Shown: piece by piece, positions 39,076 to 51,299 of the stretch
Position numbering within the stretch: the first letter of the stretch is position 1
How the letters are laid out: every line of letters starts with the position of its first letter
Origin: Paraspadella gotoi
Lineage: Eukaryota; Animalia; Chaetognatha
Reading direction: 5' to 3'
DNA length: 64,000 bases
Assembly: GCA_051294375.1 (NCBI GenBank)
Contig: JBJCIZ010000239.1
Span: 5,532,993 to 5,596,992, forward strand
Notes under the pieces: model-generated
What the model was told of the DNA's origin: nothing
Seen by the model: only the letters and a program-made list of their open reading frames with translations
The model's database searches: none
Program-made: the position numbers and the translations under genes

Positions 39076-39467
39076 CGCCAAAAATATTAGTACTTTTGAA
39101 ATTATCTCAGTGCCGCGCCATCTACCCAATATCGGCGCCGTCACCCAAGTCTTGGTGCCCACCCCCCCCCCTATAAAAAGCCGCAATTTTGTTCCTTGTC
39201 GTATCTAATAGACATTCATAATCGAAAATATATATAAAAAAAAAAGAAATATCCAATTTCGGCGGACGAGGCTCGGAGAGAAAGAGAGAAATTAACAGAA
39301 ATTGCTATTTTGTATTAGAGCCGGTGCAACTAAAGATAAAGTAGGCAAAGAGTACGGTCAAAATTTCTTTTATTCTTTTATTTGTCCAAAAAATAATGAG
39401 ACCTCTGGCGAATATGTTTTTAAAAAAAACGAAAAGTGCTTATTTGTCTTAGAGAATGCTTTATTTT

Positions 39468-40834
39468 TTAAGTAGCCTTAGAAAGAAAAAAGGCTAAAAC
39501 TTTAAAAAATTTTGTTAAGTATAATAGCTGTATAATAGACGCAGACAAATGGGCAGAAGATACAACACAGAGAACAACAACCCAAAAAAAATTGAAAAAA
39601 AAAGCCAATCAAACAGATGACATTAAAAACTTATGAAAATTCTTTTTTTACACTTTCTCTCTCTTTTTTTTCATTCAAATTCTTTTTTTCTGAATTTTTC
39701 TCATTTCTTTTCTTTCTTATCTTTTTTTCCCCCCACTTGATATTTTTTTTTCTTTTCCTCTAATTCATTTTCCACGAGGAAATGAACCCAAGGAGAAAAA
39801 AAGAATCTAACAGAGAAAAAAAAATTGAGGGGGGAGAAAGAGGGGAGGGGATCTCATTAAGGGCAGAGGGGGAGGGAGGAAAAGGGAGAAAGGGGAGAAG
39901 GAAAGGAAAAAAAGGGAGGAAGAGGTGGGAGGAAAATGGAAAAAGAGGGAGGAAAATGGAAAAGGAGGGGGGAAAATGGAAAAAAATAGGGAGGAAAATG
40001 GAGAAAAAGGGAAGAAAATGGAGGAAGAGGGAAGAAAATGGAAAAAGAGGAAAGGGGATGGGAAGTAAAAGGGAGAAAGAGGATGAAGAATGAAGGGAGA
40101 GGGAGGAAAATTAAAAAAGGGAGGAAAATGGAAAAAAAGAGAGGAAAATTGAGAAAAAGGGCAGAAAATGGGGAAAGAGGAAAGAAAATGGAGAAAAATT
40201 GAGGAGAGTCGCAATCTAAACAAAACTAATGCCCCATGACAGAGACAGAAATCTCCGCGGAAATGAACAGAGAGAAAAAAACAAAAGAACAACCCTCGAC
40301 AAAATGGATGACGGAAGAAAACAAAAGCAAAACAAAAGCAAAACAAAAAAAATGATATTAATTCCTGTTAGATGCGGAGACGAATCACGGACATCGTTCA
40401 ACTTCACTTTCAGCGTGAAACGGCGTTAGTTGAATGTCCCTAACACGAAGGCGATGTGTTCTCACCGCTAGATGGCGTTTTTCATTCACAGTCACGGCTG
40501 AGATTACAGTGGCAGTCAGGGTTAGGGTTAGTGACAGTAAGAGTTGCGTTCATTGCATTTATAGTTGCATATTCACAGATGCAGTCACGGTTGCGGTCAC
40601 ATTGTAACAAGAGTTGCAATGACGTTGGATTGAGAGTTGCAGCCACAGTTACAGACAGTTACAGTTCACAGTTCACTTTACATTTCACAGTTTCACATTT
40701 CACAGTTCACATTTCACATGACGCTGTTAGGAAAAAGTAAAAGAATGTTCGTCTTTCAGGTTTTTTTGCCTGGGAAATTTGCGTCTTTTTTAAAATTAAT
40801 TATATTTATTATTTATTTATTTATTATTTATTTT

Positions 40835-40865
<31 letters not shown>

Positions 40866-41079
40866 TCAATCAATTTATTTCTTCATCTTTTTTGTTTTTC
40901 AGGTCAGCCGATCCTCTGTCGTCGTTTGCCTTCCCGTCGCCGAACAAGGAATCCTTTTTGTCCCAACTTTGCCTCTGCCCATCCCACACACAAACCGACC
41001 TCCCCCACCACAAATCCCCAACTCTACTATCACCAGCCCCGACCGAGTGGAAATCCCAGACGCAGCCCTCAGACTACAA

Positions 41080-41121
<42 letters not shown>

Positions 41122-43455
41122 CCATGATGACGCAGCGAATTTTCTTTCCTATATAAAACCTGGATGGGTTCCTCCTCCTCTTCATATTTCTCTTCCTCTT
41201 CCTCCTACTCATCTTCCTCCTCCTCTTCCTCTTCCTCCTCCTCCTCTTTCTTCTCCTCCTATTCCACTCAAACTCCTTCTATTTCTTCTTCTTCTTCTTC
41301 TTCTTCTTCTTCTTCTTCTTCTTCTTTATCTTCCTCTTTCACCTCTCCTACTTTTTCCTTATTATATTTCCTCTCTCTCTTTCTCTTCCTCGCCCTTTAT
41401 GGCTATATTTTCCAAAAGTGTCTCATTTCTGCATAAATTCATAAATGAGATAGTTTTTAGTTGAAGTTAGGGTTAGGGTTAGAGAATAAAAGGAAAGGGT
41501 TTGGGAATTAGCATTAGGAATTTCAGTTATGAATTAAGGTACTGGAATGGGGCGCTTTTGAAATATAATGCCATCATATTTTTTTTTACTCTCATACGTC
41601 TTAATGGTTAACCTTTTTCTTCCGCTTTTTTATTTTTCTTTTCCTCTTTCTTTTCCATTTCCTTTTCCTTCTTTCCTTCCTTCTTTCCTTCTTACCTTTC
41701 TTCCTTTTCCGTTTCTTCCTCCCTCCCATTCCTCCCTTTTTCCCTCCCTCCCTCCCTCATTTTCTTCTTTCCTCTCTCTCTCCCTCCCTCTCTTCTTTAA
41801 CACCACAAAGAGAGAGATTTTTAAGTTAGCCTAGCAAGAAAAAGGCTAAAACTTTAAAAATTTGTTAAGTATAATAGCTGTATAATAGACGCAGACAATG
41901 GCAGAAAGATACAACACAGAGAACAACAGACCAAAACAAATTGTAAAAAAAAGCCAATCAAACAGATGGACATTAAAACTTTGAAAAATTCTTTTTTTTT
42001 ACATTTCTCTCTCTTCTTTTTTTCATTCAAATTCTTTTTTCTGATTTTTCTCATTTCTTCCTTTCTTATTTTTTTTCCCCCACTGATATTTTTTTTCTTT
42101 TCCTCTAATTATTTTCCACGCAGGAAATGAACCAAGGAGAAAAAAGAATTCTCCAGAGAAAAAAAAATTGGGGGGAGAAGAGGGAGGGATCTCATTAAGG
42201 GCAGAGGGAGGGAGGAAAGGGAAAAGGGGAAGAGGAAGGAAAAAAGGGAGGAAAGAGGTGGGAGGAAAATGGAAAAGAGGGCAGGAAAATGGAAAAGGAG
42301 GGGGAAAATGGGAAGAAATAGGAGGAAAATGAAAAAAAGGGGAGAAAATGGAGAAAAAGGGAAGAAATTGGAAGAAAGGAGGAAGTGGAAGGTGAAAAAG
42401 GGAGAAAGATAGAGAAGAGAGAAATGGAGAAAGGAGAAAGGAAAAATATAAAATGAGAAAGAGATGAAGATGAAGGGAGAGGGGGAATTAAAGGAGGAAA
42501 TAAAAGAGGAAAGGAAAAAAGAGATTGAGAAAAAGCAGAAAATGGGGAAAGAGAAAGAAAATGGAGAAAAATGTGAGGAGAGTCGCAATCTAAACAAACT
42601 ATTGCCCCATGGACAGAGACAGAAATCTCCGCGGAAATGAACAGAGAGAAAAAAAAAAGAACAACCTCGACAAAATGGATGACGGAAGAAAACAAAAGCA
42701 AAACAAGAGCAAAAAAAAAAAAAATTGAATTAATTCCTGTTAGATGCGGAGACGAATCACGGACATCGTTCACTTACTTTCAGCGTGAAACGGCGTTAGT
42801 TGAATGTCCCTAACAGAAGGCGATGTGTTTCACCGCTAGATGGCGTTTTCATTCACAGTCATCGGCTGAGATTACGTGGCAGTCAGGTTAGGGTAGTGAC
42901 AGTAAAGTTGCGTTCTATTGGCATTTATAGTTGCATATTCACAGATGCAGTCAGGTTGCGGTCCACATTGGTAACAAGATGAAATTGCAATGACAGTTGG
43001 ATCTGAAGAGTTGCAGCCACAGTTACAGAATAACAGTTACAGTTCACTTTACATTCAATCCAGTTACATTCATTTCACATTTCAATTTCACATTTCACAG
43101 ACGCTGTTAGGAAAAAGTAAAGAATGTTCGTCCACAGTTTCAGGTTTTTGCCTGGGAAATTTGCGTCTTTTTTAAAATTAATTCATTTATTTATTTATTT
43201 ATTTATATTTTTTTTTATTCATTATTTATTTATTTATTTATTAATCAATTTATTTCTTCATCTTTTTTGTTTTTCAGGTCAGACCGATCCTCTGTCGTCG
43301 TTTGCCTTCCCGTCGCCGAACAAGGAATCCTTTTTGTCCCAACTTTGCCTCTGCCATCCCACACACAACTCGACTCCCCACACACAATCGACTTCCAACT
43401 CTACTATCACCAGGCCCGAACCGAGTGGAAATCCAGACGCAGCCTCAGACTAAAC

Positions 43456-43494
<39 letters not shown>

Positions 43495-44156
43495 GTTCCA
43501 TGATGACGCAGCGAATTTTCTTTCCTATATAAAACCTGGATGGGTTCCTCCTCCTCTTCATATTTCTCTTCCTCTTCCTCCTACTCATCTTCCTCCTCCT
43601 CTTCCTCTTCTCTCCTCCTCTTTCTTCTCCTCCTATTCCATCAAACTCCTTCTATTTCTTCTTTTTCTTCTTCTTCTTCTTCTTCTTCTTCTTCTTCTTC
43701 TTTATCTCCTCTTTCACCTCTCCTACTTTTTCCTTATTATATTTCCTCTCTCTCTTTCTCTTCTCGCCCTTTATGGCTATATTTCCAAAAGTGTCTCATT
43801 TCTCATAAATTCATAAATGAGATAGTTTTTAGTTGAAGTTAGGGTTAGGGTTTAGAGAATAAAAGGAAAGGGTTTGGGAATTAGAATTAGAATTTCAGTT
43901 ATGAATTAAGGTACTGGAATGGGGCGCTTTTGAAATTAATGCCATCATATTTTTTTTTACTTCATACGTCTTAATGGTTAACCTTTTTCTTCCGCTTTTT
44001 TATTTTTCTTTCTTCTTTTTCCATTTCCTTTCCTTTTCTCTTCTCTTCCTTCTCCTTACTCTTTCTTCCTTTTCCGTTTCTTCTCCCTCACTTCCTCCTT
44101 TTTCCTCTCCCTCCCTCTTTTCTTCTTTCTCTCTCTCTCCCTCCCTCTCTTCTTTA
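39468..44156. repeat. ~2.3-kb near-identical tandem duplication (39468-41798 and 41821-44156)
   Basis: Both halves start ttaagt(t)agcc..aaaaggctaaaacttt and are collinear, differing mostly by small indels. Confidence 0.92.
41400..41573 (+). mobile_element. Short MITE-like TIR/TTAGGG copy, duplicated at ~43774-43944
   Basis: TGGCTATATTTTCCAAAAGTGTCTC ... ttagggttagggttag ... GGGGCGCTTTTGAAATATAATGCCA; no clear TSD. Confidence 0.65.
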
Positions 44157-45137
44157 CTTTCTCCCTCCCTCTATTCTTTCCTCCTTCCTCCTCCCTCTCT
44201 TCTTTCCTCCCTCTCTCCCTCTTCCCACGACGAGTCGAAATTTTTTGCTAAATCGTGAAAAATTTACGTGATTTTCTCAGCAAAGAAAGTTTATCGCGCT
44301 CAATTTGAAAATTGATCTCACGAGAAAAAAAAACGAAACGTGACAATCACGAAAGATTTCACCCTAGTTTCACTTCATCGTAAAAAACTAAAANNNNNNN
44401 NNNNNNNNNNNNNNNNNNAAAAAAACATGACAGAGTTTTCACGAGAATCTCTTTTGCTTGTAGGTTTTGCCGTTCAGCAAGCAAATCTTATCTACAATTT
44501 CGTTAATTCTTTAATTAATTAATTCGTTGACCCTCACCAAAAACGAACGCTTTTACTACAGGGTGATTGATTTCATGTTTTGACTTACCTGTTCGGATCA
44601 GACGAAGGTATTGGTAGATAGAACAAAAGGTAGGGACCGGCACGCGTAAAGAAAAGGGAAAAAAAAAAAGAAAATGTCATTAATTTGTGTCATAATAGGT
44701 AACAAAGATTTTAATTTTTTTCATGGGACAATGGCGAAACAATTTTTAAACGATTAACGATCAGAGAAAATTTCGTAATTAATGATTGAATTAATGATTG
44801 AATTAATGATTGAATTAATGATTGAATTAATGATTGAATTAATGATTGAATTAATAGGTTTTAGCGCCGCCGCGGGCGCGAGTATTTCAACAACCGGTAC
44901 AAACTCTTGCGCGTATATAATACTATTTTTGCTAATTATACTATAATACGCACCATCTCATGAACTCTGGTTTTCCGAATCTTTCATGAAACTTTTAAGA
45001 ATAAACATTTTTTTTTTAATAATTCAGGAGCAAGCGAATATTTCGCCATTTTTCATAACTACCCGATACCGAGTTTCCTCTCCGCCGGTAAAACAAAAAA
45101 AAAACAAGAATTTTCTGCCAGCTCGGCAAATTTCGAC

Positions 45138-45162
45138 CATCTGCAAGAATTTACGACGCCAA
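45138..45162 (-). CDS. Candidate syntrophin-like PH2 exon, (R)WRRKFLQM; donor uncertain (could extend to 45063)
   Basis: Acceptor atttttag in phase 2 matches the exon ending at 46606; W..kFL.l resembles a PH beta-2 strand. Confidence 0.45.
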
Positions 45163-46257
45163 CTAAAAATATTGTTTTTTTTTTTCATCTCGGACAAAAA
45201 TGTGCAATGGGGATTAGACAAAATTCGACCCACCTGACCAGTGGCCACTGGCCACTGATGCCAGAATCGGCTTAAGCAGAGCAACTCTATAAGTAACTTT
45301 TCGGTCGGTCTGTCGGTCGTTATGTCTTTCCGTCGGTCTGTCCCACTTACGTTAAAATACTTATAAATCGCCTATAGTTACCGGGGTGGGACTCTATATC
45401 GAGACAAAATTTTTAAAATCATTACTCTAAAGCTCTTAATGATTTTTAAAATCTGAATATATTTTCGTATAGACTCTCTCTTAGCTTTTAGACGATATAT
45501 TAATTGTTTTAAAATTCTTTGATATTATACTTTTTTTAATGCATCAAAGGCAACTGCTCGGTTTTCTCGGCGCGGTTTAGAAGAAAAATATTTTAATACT
45601 TATTGTTTAATCTCATTTTAATACATAACAGTTAAAATAATTTGGAAGTACTTATTTTTAGTATAATAATGCTTCTGGCAATGTAAACATGGTATTTTGG
45701 TTAAAAAAATTTTAAAGTTAAAAAGTAAGATTTGGGTAAGTTATTGTTATGGTTTAATTTTTATTAAAACTTACTTTGATCAGGAAATTTATTTATTTTT
45801 TATTATATTTTGAAGATAAAACATAACCCCGTCATATTAACCAGTATGGCTTTTATCATATGGAATATAATGCGCGCGCCAAAAAAACGACTAAATGTTT
45901 TGAAAACATCCACCACCCATTGTAGTCGCATAAATATTTTCTTTCATTGTATATAAATGTAAAAAAAAACCAAAAAAACTTTTGCCACTCATTTTATTAT
46001 TGTATCTCAAATCGTTCAGACAGGGGCAGGACGTTAAGTTTTGTCTCGATATAGGGACCCACCCCTGTAGTTGCTCTTTTGTTAAGACAAGAAAAAACCT
46101 CAAATCTAAGTGGCTGCTAGCGCCGCCTTTAAGAACTCCTAAATCTATAATCTATAATTCCGATGCAGTGCGCGTCATAAATACACGGGCTAAGAAAATA
46201 ACAGTGGCGCAACACATTGGATGGACCGATCTTTTTTTTTTTCGGTCTTCAACGTCA

Positions 46258-46566
46258 GGGCCTTTCCCAGAATTCAGTTAATATCTTATGTTAAGGATTA
46301 GGTTAGAGGTTAGGGTTACGGATTAAGGTTAGGGATTAAGGTTAAGGATCTGGCTAGTGATTAAGGTTAGGGATTAGGATTAGGGACTAAAGTTTAAAAT
46401 TAGGAGTTAGTGTTAAAAGTTAGTCATAATGGTTTAGGATTGCAGTTAAGTATTAAGATACAGTTTGAGATCGAGGTTAGGGATCGGGTTATAAATTGAA
46501 ATTTAGGTAAGAATTTCATTCCGTGCTAAAGCAACAGGAATGGGGCGCTCTGGGAAAATAGAGCCG
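46258..46566 (+). mobile_element. MITE-like TIR/TTAGGG element copy
   Basis: GGGCCTTTCCCAGAA ... GGGGCGCTCTGGGAAAATAGAGCCG; flanks acgtca/acgtct (5 of 6 match). Confidence 0.8.
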
Positions 46567-46605
46567 ACGTCTGTCCGGTCAGCCTTTAAGGCTTTCGCCA
46601 ATCAC

Positions 46606-46715
46606 CGAGTCCCTCTACCGGTTTTAAAATTTACGACAAAGCCCCCGTTTATATTTACGACGTCTACAAACGTTCTCTCTCTGTCTCTGACTCGGCGATA
46701 TAACTCAACGTCACC
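46606..46715 (-). CDS. Syntrophin-like exon, GDVELYRRVRDRERTFVDVVNINGGFVVNFKTGRGT(R)
   Basis: Acceptor ctctcggcgtttcag after a 50-nt intron; phase 0; the only frame without a stop; donor CG|gtgatt. Confidence 0.7.
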
Positions 46716-46765
46716 CTGAAACGCCGAGAGAGTGAGAGTGAGATTCCTCTTTTCTGATTGGCTAC

Positions 46766-46835
46766 CTTCGTCAGTCTGTTGACAGCCTCGTCGATCTCCG
46801 TCAACCAATCACGGGCCGACTTTTCCGATGGACAT
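46766..46835 (-). CDS. Syntrophin-like exon, PH1 C-terminal helix (R)CPSEKSARDWLTEIDEAVNRLTK
   Basis: 70 nt, AG/GT bounded, phase 2/0. Has the conserved PH Trp; resembles gamma-syntrophin DWLQAIATNISNLTK. Confidence 0.85.
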
Positions 46836-47260
46836 CTGTCGGTCGAAACGAAAACGAAAAAAAAAATTAAACGGAATTAAAATAAATAGAACACAAGCGA
46901 TTGAATTATAGGTATAACTAAAATGGGAAAACATAATTTTATAAGCCGTTTTAAATAAACGTTAATACAATTTAAAATATTAACAAAATTAAATTTAAAT
47001 TAACAAAAGTTTTCAAGTCGTTTTAAATAAACGTTAATAAAAACCAAAAAAATTTTCAAAATCGAAAATAAAAGTAAATTATAACTGTTTTATGAGCCGT
47101 TTTCAATAAACTTTAATGAAATTACCAAAACATAACGAAATTAAAATTAAAACTTTTTAAAAGATATTGAAAAACAGTTTTTAACAAAACAAACAATAAC
47201 AGAAATAAAGGAAAAAAAAACAGACAAAGCAAACTGAAAACAAAGTGGACTTAAATCTAC

Positions 47261-47333
47261 CTCAAAACGCAGAGAGAAAGACAAGATGAATTCTCCTCCG
47301 GAAACCGAAGCTCAATAACGCGTTTGCCGAAAT
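47261..47333 (-). CDS. Syntrophin-like exon, (D)FGKRVIELRFPEENSSCLSLCVL(R)
   Basis: 73 nt; phases 1/2 match both neighbours; resembles syntrophin ENRQLEIHSPD...VILR. Confidence 0.8.
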
Positions 47334-47863
47334 CTTTTGGAATCAAAATTTGACGAAAGTTGATTAATAGGAGATTCAGAAGATGATTGCTTGCACTTTT
47401 TCTCTCGCTCTCTGTCAATGGCTCTTTCTGTCTCTCTCTCTGTGTCTTTCTAACTCTCTCCGTCACTCTCTCTTTCTTCTCTTTCATTTTTTCTCTCTCT
47501 CTTTCCCTGTTTCTCTCTCTATCTATCTTTCTCTCTCCCACTTTTTTATTTCTCTATTTCTCTCTCTCCATTTTTAAATTTCTTTCTCTCCCTCTCTCTT
47601 TCCCTCTCTATCTCCTTCTCTCTACCTCTCCCTCTATTAATATTTTTTTTAAATACTCTCTTTATCAATTTAGTATTTTTTTTTAAGTGTGTTTGTTGAC
47701 AACTTGTTTCTTTTCTATAGATTATTTTTTATATTGTTCACAGTTAACCTCTGACTCTGGCTAATTCTTTATATTTCTGAAGTGATTGTCTAATTTTTCT
47801 GCTCTCTTACTCTGATTGGCTCTAGCACATCACCTCCACTTCGCTGATTGGCTAATTCTTCAC

Positions 47864-47967
47864 CTCTCTTTCTCTGATTGGTCTCCAAGTAAGACGTGAC
47901 GTAAAGAAGTCGCAAAGGAATCGTGACCTCGTCGCCCGAATCCCAAATCGTGAACTCGCTGAAGGTT
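47864..47967 (-). CDS. Syntrophin-like exon, (R)TFSEFTIWDSGDEVTIPLRLLYVTSYLETNQRKR
   Basis: 104 nt; acceptor ttttatcacag; phases 2/1. IPLRLLYVT resembles syntrophin IPLKMCYVT. Confidence 0.8.
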
Positions 47968-48016
47968 CTGTGATAAAATGGAAAAAAAAAGAAAGAGAGA
48001 AAGACAGAAAAAAATA

Positions 48017-48104
<88 letters not shown>

Positions 48105-48774
48105 GAAAAAGAAGAGACAGAAATAATGAAGTAAAATGGGGAAAATTCACTAAAAATAAAATTAAAAATAAATATATAAATACAATTACGATTCCTACGC
48201 ACAAATCCTGATTTTTCCCTTTTTTCCTATTCCTATTTCATTTTTTTTCATTCTTTTATTTTCCTTTTTCTATCTTTTCTTTTCTTTTTTTTCTTTCTTT
48301 TCTTTTCCTCTCTTTCCTTTCTAATCAAAATCGTAGTCAAAGGAATTCCTCTTCAGGGAATAAAAGATCTAGACTTTTTTAAGGTCAGGCAAAGAAAAAG
48401 ATTTTCTTCGGTCTCCTCAACGTTGTGATAACGTCACGCTCGTTGTGATAACCCCGTCTCGCTCGTCGTGATAACAGTGACAACCCCTTAACTTCCCTTC
48501 CACTGGGCCTTCTCTTTAAAAAAATTTTACACAATTATAAATATTATGCAAAATTGTTACAACCAATATAAAAAAATTATCCATTCATTTAATAAACCAC
48601 CTCTCTAGCCCCTGACTTTGGACCGGCTTTGGTGGATCAAGGTCTCCATCACTCTTACAAGATAAAGACATTGCAGTATATTTTATAACACAATATTCTC
48701 TACAATTCTCTCGCTCTCTCCCCTCTTCCATACAGGCGCAAACCTAATCCACACCAACACTCCCTCCCCAAACA

Positions 48775-48918
48775 CCCTTTCGACAGGCGCCGACCCTTCC
48801 ACCTGTGCCTCCCTTTCGACAGGCGCCAACCCTTCCATCTGTGCCTCCCTTTCGACAGACGCCAACCCTTCCTTTTGTGCCTCCCTTTCGACAGGCGCCG
48901 ACCCTTCCACCTGTGCCT
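48775..48918. repeat. 36-bp minisatellite, 4 copies, overlapping a splice donor
   Basis: Unit ccctttcgacaggcgccgacccttccacctgtgcct. Confidence 0.95.
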
Positions 48919-49058
48919 CCCGGTGAAGGGCCTGAACTCCTTGAAGAGATAGACCACCTCGAGATCCACGATCTGACCGCAATCCTTGAGGACGGAGACG
49001 GCCTCGTTGTGGGAGGAGAAGCGGAGGTCGACGCCGTTGGCCGAGACCAGGGCGTCCC
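48911..49058 (-). CDS. Syntrophin-like PDZ C-terminal exon, (G)DALVSANGVDLRFSSHNEAVSVLKDCGQIVDLEVVYLFKEFRPFTGRH(R)
   Basis: Clear PDZ pattern GD.l..vNG.dl....H.EAV..Lk.....v.LeV.Y; donor AG|gtggaa in phase 2 matches the next exon. Confidence 0.88.
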
Positions 49059-49655
49059 CTTTCGTTGTTGTTGTTGTTATTTTTGGCGTGGGGAGGGGGG
49101 GCGGAACGGAAAATGGTGGTCCGTGAATGAGTTGTGGGATGAGAGGTCAAGCGGATACAGGGTGAGGTACAATTTTTGGGAGTTTACCCAAAAATGAACC
49201 AATGATTGTAGTAAACGTAATTTACATGAAACGAAAAAGTAAGAGGTATGGTGGACTAAAATCCACCAACCGTTCATCAGCGGCCATTGGTGCCGGAGGC
49301 AAGTCATTCGCCTCCTTAACCCTAAGGTCCGAGGTTCTAGCCAGATCAATCTCGCCTAGAGGGTATATTGTAAAGCTTTATGATTGTAAAATGATTGTCA
49401 ATGATCATGTAAATGATTGTCACACTTCACGATTCTAAAATGATTGTAAAACTATTTTTTTTTCTTTTCTTTGGGTTTGTTGTTTTGTTTTTTTTGATTG
49501 ATAGGGTTTGAGAAGAGATTGGCTTATCGGGTGGGGCGCGGGCTCGCCAGTTTTCTACGCGCCACTGGCCAAAGAAAAGATCCGCCCCCCCCAGTCACCC
49601 CTACCCCCCGAAAACCTTCGTAAAGTTTTCCCTAAGCTTCGATCGGACAGCTGAC

Positions 49656-49702
49656 CTTGAAGATTTTCCCTACGAATACCGGGAGTCCGTCCTGTTCGCC
49701 GC
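49656..49702 (-). CDS. Syntrophin-like PDZ exon, (G)GEQDGLPVFVGKIFK
   Basis: Matches syntrophin GGxENxMPILISKIFK; donor AAG|gtcagc; the acceptor is an atypical GAG. Confidence 0.75.
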
Positions 49703-50529
49703 CTCGGGGTTAATTTTTTTTGGGGGGGAAAAAAGTTAAAATTAATTAATTTAAATTAATTAATTAATTAATTTAAAATTAATACGAACATCTGTTTCTT
49801 GAAAAAATAATTCGTCTTGCCTGCCAGCGAAACCTTACGCTTTCAAATTTATCAAGATGCCAACTACTTTTTCTTTTCATATTATTAAATAATCAAATAT
49901 TAATATACTTCCGGACATTTACTACAATTAAATCTCACCAATTTTTCTTATCTTCAATTTCCTTATTAATACCTTCCACTCCTGGCTCAGCACTTGGTAC
50001 CAATCTTCAAAGAAAGGTATATTCCACACAGGCTCACATCCCACTGGTCTCAGAGGGGGAACGCACCATCAAAAGCGTTGGCGTTCCATCCCAGCCTTAA
50101 CGACTTCCCTCTGCGTTGGCAAAGCGAGATCGTCCTTGGGTAACCGCGCCAGTGACTGGAGGCGTCACTGAGGGTCGGAAGCCCCAAAAGCCAACCAGTG
50201 AGATGCCCCATCCTAACTGGCCATCACAGGCAACCCGGCTGTTGCCATTATATCCCTGTAATAACTTCAACCAACGCACCCCCTCAACCCCTTTTAAAAC
50301 TCCTCCATCGATTTCTATCCTCCCATTCTCTCTTATATCTATCCCCCCCTTGCATCTGATTACCCATCCCCTTTCTCCTCCCCTTTTCCCCCCCACAATA
50401 CCTTTGATAGTCAACCCAATCCGCTTCCCTGTCCCTCCGAATTCTCACTTCTCCTCTTCTTCCAAGAAAAACTTTTGGGACAATCTTCCGCCCCATTTTC
50501 GTCGTCGTCGTCGTCGTTGTTGTCGGCAC

Positions 50530-51299
50530 CCCCGCCAGATCGCCCTTTCCTCTGGAATCTCCAGGCAACTCGGCGACGCGTGTCGAGACGTTCCTCTCGG
50601 GACAGACTGACTCTGCAGAGACGACGGCGGCGTCAGAGGACGAGCGGCGGCACGGAATCGACAGGCGATGCAGGCGCTTCGGCCGCGTCTTCCCACGTGA
50701 AAAACCGTGGACGTCTCCTCCACGCACGAAACCTCACCGTCTCTCCCTCTTCAACCATCCCTCGCGTTTCCCTCACTCCTCGTCGACACCCCGCCTGTAA
50801 TCGACGCCACGGCGTCGTCGAAGAGACCGATCGAAGGATCTCTGGACTCCATCCGGCGTCGGGTCGTCCCCGGCGCGGGTCTCCGAACGCCTCGTCGAGA
50901 CGACGGCGTCCGTTCGACGGACGGAGACGTTGGACACGATCCTCACGGATTCCGAGGCGAAGGCGGAGGAAGAAGAGGAAGAGGAAAAGTCCAGCGTCTC
51001 GACCACGGACTTTGGCGCCAAATTTTCGTCGCTGTTGTTTTTTGTCTGTCGTCGTCGTCGTCGTCCGTCGTCGTCGTCGTCGTCGGTCGTCGGTTGGCGG
51101 ATGAAGGATTCCGAGGGCGTGGCCGACTGACGCTCGTCGGCAGCGGCTGCTCGCGTCGTCGGCTGCTGCGTCGTCGGCGGCTGCGTCGTTGGCCGCTGCG
51201 TCGTCCGGCGGCTGCGTCGTCGGCTGCTGCGTCGGCGTCGGCTGCGCTCGCTCGCTCGGCCGGCTGCGTCGTCGGCGGCGGCGGCGTCGATGCTTTCAT
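50530..51299 (-). CDS. Low-complexity (DDAAA)n/Asp/Ser-rich exon of the syntrophin-like gene; frameshifted, 3' boundary uncertain
   Basis: Acceptor caatttttcag in phase 1 gives DESIDAAAADDAA; the 15-bp GACGACGCAGCCGCC repeat is interrupted by single-base insertions. Confidence 0.5.

Noticed and set aside
49245-49285. Second hammerhead candidate on the minus strand (CTGATGA followed by a hairpin)
   Set aside because: No GAAA after the hairpin and no stem III or NUH site.
50190-50260. GQLGWGISLVG as the missing PDZ GLGF strand
   Set aside because: Splice phases do not fit the exon at 49702 and the context is not PDZ-like; likely chance.
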